47,139 bases of DNA. Origin: a virus (Duplodnaviria > Caudoviricetes). The DNA lies in IMG/VR virus record IMGVR_UViG_3300022407_003814, positions 1 to 47,139 of that record; one strand, given 5' to 3'. This document shows, one piece after another, positions 43,204 through 47,139 of the stretch (within the stretch, counting starts at the first letter, position 1; the number at the start of each line of letters is the position of its first letter). The position numbers were made by a program, and so were the translations under genes. Under the pieces are notes generated by a model, which saw only the letters and a list, made by a program, of their open reading frames with translations, had not been told where the DNA came from and ran no database searches.

Positions 43204-43458
43204 ATGCGCGAGAAATATGTAGAGGAACGCTGGCCCCGGTTGATGCAAATCGGGACTACCCGAGATGGGCGCGTGGGCGTTTGCACCGTAGATGACCGCG
43301 TAGATATTGCGTTGTCATCTGAACAAGCCGCGCAACTGATTGAGCACTGGAACAAGTTGCAGGACGCATTGACCCGTTGTGCTTTGGCTTTCGCAGAAGC
43401 TGACAACACCGCGTTTACCGCATTCTGGTACGGGACTGAACTGGAGCACCGCCAATGA
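43204..43458 (+). CDS. Hypothetical protein
   Basis: GGAG/AGGA SD before ATG 43204. Confidence 0.7.
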   Translation: MREKYVEERWPRLMQIGTTRDGRVGVCTVDDRVDIALSSEQAAQLIEHWNKLQDALTRCALAFAEADNTAFTAFWYGTELEHRQ

Positions 43459-43655
43459 TCACCGAAGCCCAACGACGCGCCCTGTTCGCTTTGCGCGAGG
43501 CGCTGCGCCTGTGTGACGAAACGCGGATTTTTATATCCCCGGAAGACGACTACGACGGATACCGCTGCGTTTTAGAAGTCGACGGCCATGAAGGCTACGG
43601 GCAGCTCCAAGTTTCTGACGTCGAAGCCTGCCTTCGGGAGCACCCCGATGTCTAA
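43455..43655 (+). CDS. Small acidic protein of the MIT-x-x-Q paralog family
   Basis: MITEAQRRALFALREALRLC; ATGA coupling; GGAG SD. Confidence 0.72.
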   Translation: MITEAQRRALFALREALRLCDETRIFISPEDDYDGYRCVLEVDGHEGYGQLQVSDVEACLREHPDV

Positions 43656-44058
43656 CCCGGTCAAGTACTCCGACGAAATAGTCGAAGCCGCCTACAAATT
43701 GCGTCGCACCGGCGCCAAGTGGTCAGTGGTTCACGCCACGTTCGGCCCGGGCATCGAAACGGCAGTGCGGCGCCTGATGGCCCGTGACCGCAAGCGCGCC
43801 AGTCGTGCCGCCATCGGCTCACGTATCGAGCTGCCGTTGCCCGAGGGCACCGCTGCGGCACTGGAGCGCATCTGTGCAGCCGCCGGGGATGAAGCCGTGG
43901 CGCTGCTGTCGCAACAGATCCACAAACTCGACCAGTTACTGGCCGGCGACCGTGCGGCATTCGATACCTGGGTACGCTACGGGACGCAGGTGGGCGATTT
44001 GAGTAAGTACATTGAACGCATTGGTACGCCGGTGCCGGGAGACGATGATGGCGAGTAG
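43648..44058 (+). CDS. Putative DNA-binding protein
   Basis: GGAG SD; N-terminal AYKLRRTGAKWSVV HTH-like segment. Confidence 0.7.
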   Translation: MSNPVKYSDEIVEAAYKLRRTGAKWSVVHATFGPGIETAVRRLMARDRKRASRAAIGSRIELPLPEGTAAALERICAAAGDEAVALLSQQIHKLDQLLAGDRAAFDTWVRYGTQVGDLSKYIERIGTPVPGDDDGE

Positions 44059-44284
44059 GGCGAAAAAGTTAGGTAAAGCTCTAGGCGGAAAATGGACGTA
44101 CGACGGGCGTTGCTCCTGGTGGTGCGACGACGAAAAACGTCACGTGGTGCGCACCAGTTTAGGTGTCGACCAATTCGACGATCCGCTACCTGGTTGCGCG
44201 TACTACCTTTACGGCGACGGATCCCCGCGTCGAGCTGAACCCTATATGCAAAGCGCTGGTACGTCGCTGGGACTATTCCAATGA
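44045..44284 (+). CDS. Hypothetical protein
   Basis: GGAG SD; ATGA overlap with the next gene. Confidence 0.65.
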   Translation: MMASRAKKLGKALGGKWTYDGRCSWWCDDEKRHVVRTSLGVDQFDDPLPGCAYYLYGDGSPRRAEPYMQSAGTSLGLFQ

Positions 44285-44442
44285 CTGACGCCGCCGGCAA
44301 ACCGTGCCCACTGTGCCGCGAGCCCATGACGAACCTGACGTCGCAGTACCGGCGCGTGTGCACCAATGGCAAATGCGGCCACGTTGAGCACTGGCCACTG
44401 AACCCGGGGCAAAAGCCCCTCTACGGGAATAATCGAGTATGA
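44281..44442 (+). CDS. Small Zn-ribbon protein (53 aa)
   Basis: CPLC...CTNGKC; ATGA overlaps at both ends. Confidence 0.7.
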   Translation: MTDAAGKPCPLCREPMTNLTSQYRRVCTNGKCGHVEHWPLNPGQKPLYGNNRV

Positions 44443-44774
44443 ACAGCCGCGACCAATTCGAGCAATTTATAATCGACCGGGACGGTGCTATTTGGATCAC
44501 GGTTAACGGCGACCTGCGCTCTTACAATGAGCCAATTGAGCGGGACTACTCGGCGTGGCAAGCCTCCCGAGCCTGCGCAACCCCTGAGTGGGAACACGCG
44601 CCGGACTGGGCTAACTGGCTCGCGATGGATCCGGACGGCCGTTGGTACTGGCACGAGAAAGAGCCTGAAGCGGGGGTAGTGCGCTGGAGGAACCCATGGG
44701 GTAGCCGCGTCACGGAAGCTGGTTGGACCCTCGGCCGCAGCGGCTGGACTGAAACACTGGAGCAACGGCCATGA
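44439..44774 (+). CDS. Hypothetical protein
   Basis: WEHAPDWANWLAMDPDGRWYW..EP...WTETLEQRP, a common phage module. Confidence 0.78.
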   Translation: MNSRDQFEQFIIDRDGAIWITVNGDLRSYNEPIERDYSAWQASRACATPEWEHAPDWANWLAMDPDGRWYWHEKEPEAGVVRWRNPWGSRVTEAGWTLGRSGWTETLEQRP

Positions 44775-45259
44775 TCGAACTGATGCAGTGGGCCGCCCAG
44801 TGGGGTGTGCCGATCGATGCAGTGCGCGACCTGGAACGTCGGTTCGGTGTGGCGCCGGAGTTGCACCAGCTGCCCGAGCGGCAACAGGGGCGCAGCGAGG
44901 CCGCCGTCTCTGCTGACGCCGTGCGCCAAGCGCGCGAGTTGCACGGGGCGTACTGCTGGCGGAACAACTCCGGGGCGTACACCGACGACAAGGGCAACCA
45001 CGTTCGCTACGGCCTGGGCAACATCAGCAAGCAGGTCAACGACGTAATGAAGACGTCGGACTACATTGGCATCTGGCCGTTCTACATCCTCCCGGAGCAC
45101 GTCGGGCAGACCGTGGGTCAGTTCTACGCTCGTGAGGACAAGCCCGAGGGCTGGGTGTTTACCGGGCAGGGCCGCGAACGGGGCCAGATGACGTTCGGTG
45201 AACTGGTTGTGCGCTTGGGCGGCCGGTTCCACTTTCACGCGGGAGGGCCGCTGCTATGA
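44771..45259 (+). CDS. VRR-NUC-like PD-(D/E)xK nuclease
   Basis: WRNNSGA, RYGL, SDYIG, REDK, GQ..F...GG. Confidence 0.78.
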   Translation: MIELMQWAAQWGVPIDAVRDLERRFGVAPELHQLPERQQGRSEAAVSADAVRQARELHGAYCWRNNSGAYTDDKGNHVRYGLGNISKQVNDVMKTSDYIGIWPFYILPEHVGQTVGQFYAREDKPEGWVFTGQGRERGQMTFGELVVRLGGRFHFHAGGPLL

Positions 45260-45492
45260 CCATATTTCTGACCGACTACAACCCCGACACCCTGGCCTGC
45301 ACCGGCGCCTCGGCCGACTCAGGCTTCAGCACGTTCGACGAGGTGCGCCGGTTGATGGGGGATCCGCAGATGTCACATACGCGCATGCTGACCTACCCGG
45401 GCGGCGTGTGCTTTACGGACTTTGCCCTGTCCTTGACGCCCGTGTCACCTCTGTGCAACACTGCGCCAAATACCGTACAGAGTAACGAATGA
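45256..45492 (+). CDS. Hypothetical protein (78 aa)
   Basis: GGAGG SD; ATGA coupling on both sides. Confidence 0.6.
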   Translation: MTIFLTDYNPDTLACTGASADSGFSTFDEVRRLMGDPQMSHTRMLTYPGGVCFTDFALSLTPVSPLCNTAPNTVQSNE

Positions 45493-45725
45493 TGGCATAT
45501 AACCCGAACAGCGACACCCTGCGCCAGCACCGCGAGCGCCTCCTGGGCATTGCGATGCAGCACGCTATCGCCTCCGGCCTGCGCAGCCTCAACCGTGCCA
45601 AGATCGCCGCTGAAGCCGGTGTGAGCCTGGGCGTAGTGAGCTGCGCACTGGGCAAACGCGACGAGATGACCCAGCTGGTAATGGACACCGCAGCGCAGAA
45701 AGGCATCACACTGAAATACGCGTAA
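45489..45725 (+). CDS. Stand-alone TetR-like HTH domain
   Basis: RERLLGIAMQHAIASGLRSLNRAKIAAEAGVSLGVV..ALG.RDEM. Confidence 0.8.
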   Translation: MMAYNPNSDTLRQHRERLLGIAMQHAIASGLRSLNRAKIAAEAGVSLGVVSCALGKRDEMTQLVMDTAAQKGITLKYA

Positions 45726-45727
45726 CG

Positions 45728-45758
45728 ACCTGGCCGACGTACGGCCGGGTTTCGTTTT
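45728..45758 (+). terminator. Rho-independent terminator
   Basis: acctggccg-acgta-cggccgggt followed by ttcgtttt. Confidence 0.7.
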
Positions 45759-45766
45759 AAGTATAA

Positions 45767-45796
45767 GTTGACACAAGCGGCAACCGAGTAGAAACT
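45767..45796 (+). promoter_or_regulatory. Sigma70-like promoter with palindromic box
   Basis: TTGACA-17-GAAACT; gttgac acaagc ggcaac; AT-rich upstream. Confidence 0.75.
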
Positions 45797-45826
45797 GGGG
45801 CTACCGAAACGAACTGGGGTATCAGC

Positions 45827-46036
45827 ATGTATATTTTGGCCATTTGCATCGGACTAAGTTCATGGACTGGGTGCGCTGCAACGATTCAAAACCGTTACCC
45901 GTCGAGTGTCGAATGTTTTGAAGCTCTTAAAAATATGCGCTCCAGCGAAGAAGGGAAAATTGCAACAGGGGAGACCCCTACCTCTTTTTTAGCCTATTGC
46001 GTACCTGCGACCGTCACAATTACTTCGGAGAAATAA
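45827..46036 (+). CDS. Small Cys-containing protein with a hydrophobic N-terminus (DUF1482-like)
   Basis: MYILAICIG.....C......YPSSVEC...YCVP. Confidence 0.68.
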   Translation: MYILAICIGLSSWTGCAATIQNRYPSSVECFEALKNMRSSEEGKIATGETPTSFLAYCVPATVTITSEK

Positions 46037-46040
46037 CTCT

Positions 46041-46208
46041 ATGTCACACGCTGATATGGCCCGACTGGCCGACGATATTTACGGGTACTGCTATTGTCAC
46101 TTCTCGCTGCGTACGTACGACCGCGACATGCGCCAGGTGACATTCAAGTTCGACGACGAGTCGAGCATCACGCTTAATATTCGGTACGAGGTGGCGGGTC
46201 ATGAGTGA
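46041..46208 (+). CDS. Hypothetical protein (55 aa, MSHADMARLADD...)
   Basis: GGAG SD; overlaps the start of the next gene. Confidence 0.6.
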   Translation: MSHADMARLADDIYGYCYCHFSLRTYDRDMRQVTFKFDDESSITLNIRYEVAGHE

Positions 46209-46530
46209 GATCAAAAAGTACAGGCTGATCGGCGAGATGGTGGAGCGATCCAGGGTTGGCGGGGCGAATTATGTATTGCTTGCCGACTTCGACCGTGTAA
46301 CCGCCGAGCGTGACGCGGCGCTCAAGACGATTACCGAGCTACTGGAAGACCTAACCCCGCCCCAACCCATCTACGACGAGGTGAAGGAGCGGGCGCTGTT
46401 TGAGCAGGGCTACCACCACTCGGCGCTGGCACGAGACGGTGATGAGTACATACGCATGTCGGTACAACTGGCTTGGGAAGGCTGGGAGAAGTGCGCCCAG
46501 TCCCGCGCCAAAGCTGGGGAGGCTGTGTGA
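46201..46530 (+). CDS. Hypothetical protein
   Basis: GAGGT SD; FDRVTAERDAAL module. Confidence 0.72.
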   Translation: MSEIKKYRLIGEMVERSRVGGANYVLLADFDRVTAERDAALKTITELLEDLTPPQPIYDEVKERALFEQGYHHSALARDGDEYIRMSVQLAWEGWEKCAQSRAKAGEAV

Positions 46531-46997
46531 TGAACAATAAATATGCCCAAGACATGGAAGCGGTAATCGACCGCGTAACCGCCGAGCGTGACGCGGCGCT
46601 GGTGGATGTCGAGCGGCTTGATAGCGCGCTGAATGTCACCGACGCCGCAGCAACAAAATGGCTCTCAGATCTGACCAAGGCGCGCGAGTTGTTCGAATTA
46701 ATTTTAGATGATCCGAGACTGGTAATTGCCATGTCCTCCGATATTTTGGCTCCGATCAAATCTCTACTTTCCGGCAAACCAGAAACTTTTGAATCCAAGG
46801 TTGCATTGTCCCTGCAACAGCGCCTGACCGCAGCGGATGAGCGGGCGGATGCGCTTTACGGCACCTGCGTAGAACAGGACGGCCTTTTGCGGGAGTGGTT
46901 GAACGACTTTGGCCGAACTCAAAGCGGATTGCTGCGATTGAGGAAGCGCACGCGGGCCGCACTCAAGCCAGCAGAGGGTGGTGGTGATGAAAATTAA
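46530..46997 (+). CDS. Hypothetical coiled-coil protein
   Basis: GGAGG SD; TGATG coupling; IDRVTAERDAAL and LQQRLTAADERAD modules. Confidence 0.72.
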   Translation: MNNKYAQDMEAVIDRVTAERDAALVDVERLDSALNVTDAAATKWLSDLTKARELFELILDDPRLVIAMSSDILAPIKSLLSGKPETFESKVALSLQQRLTAADERADALYGTCVEQDGLLREWLNDFGRTQSGLLRLRKRTRAALKPAEGGGDEN

Positions 46998-47012
46998 TGG
47001 TTCGCGATTTGC

Positions 47013-47139
47013 CGAGCAGCATCGACTGAATGGCCTCCATGCCTCCCATCCGTTCCCTGGGGATTACTGGCAAGAGCGCCTCGTAGGGTACTTCGTTGTG
47101 CTAGAACCGGTAGATGGTGGGGCAATCATCTGCGACAAG
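47013..47139. repeat. Terminal direct repeat, copy of 1-127
   Basis: Exact identity with the window start. Confidence 0.95.

Overview
This window is an apparently complete, circularly permuted genome of a tailed dsDNA siphovirus, about 47,012 bp plus a 127-bp assembly overlap. The host is probably Pseudomonas, inferred from the gene families and the GC-rich composition. It encodes a Prim-Pol/D5 primase-helicase, a PBSX-type TerS/TerL, a DUF1073-type portal and an F-like head protein (both inverted), a protease/scaffold, capsid, lambda-like tail with a beta-helical tailspike, holins, endolysin and Rz/Rz1. Its replication block comprises family-A DNA polymerase, SSB, a Cas4-like DUF2800 nuclease, a DEDD exonuclease, an SF2 helicase and a VRR-NUC-like nuclease. 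I found no integrase, CI/Cro switch, tRNA or CRISPR array. Four features stand out. (1) A ~330-nt non-coding region after terL (8000-8335) can fold into a 23-25-bp closing helix around GAAA hairpins and several pseudoknots, followed by a mutually exclusive second domain; it shares one promoter-terminator unit with a 65-aa ORF. (2) Eleven sigma70-like promoters have a -35 box that is one half of an 18-bp palindrome GTTGAC-N6-GTCAAC; a twelfth copy lacks a matching -10. Several of these promoters drive small genes antisense inside the late operons. (3) An isolated three-gene operon encodes a tail-fibre-like protein with a classical Sec signal peptide. (4) Small paralog families and shared micro-domains are dispersed across the genome. 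All family assignments come from motif recognition by eye; no searches were run.
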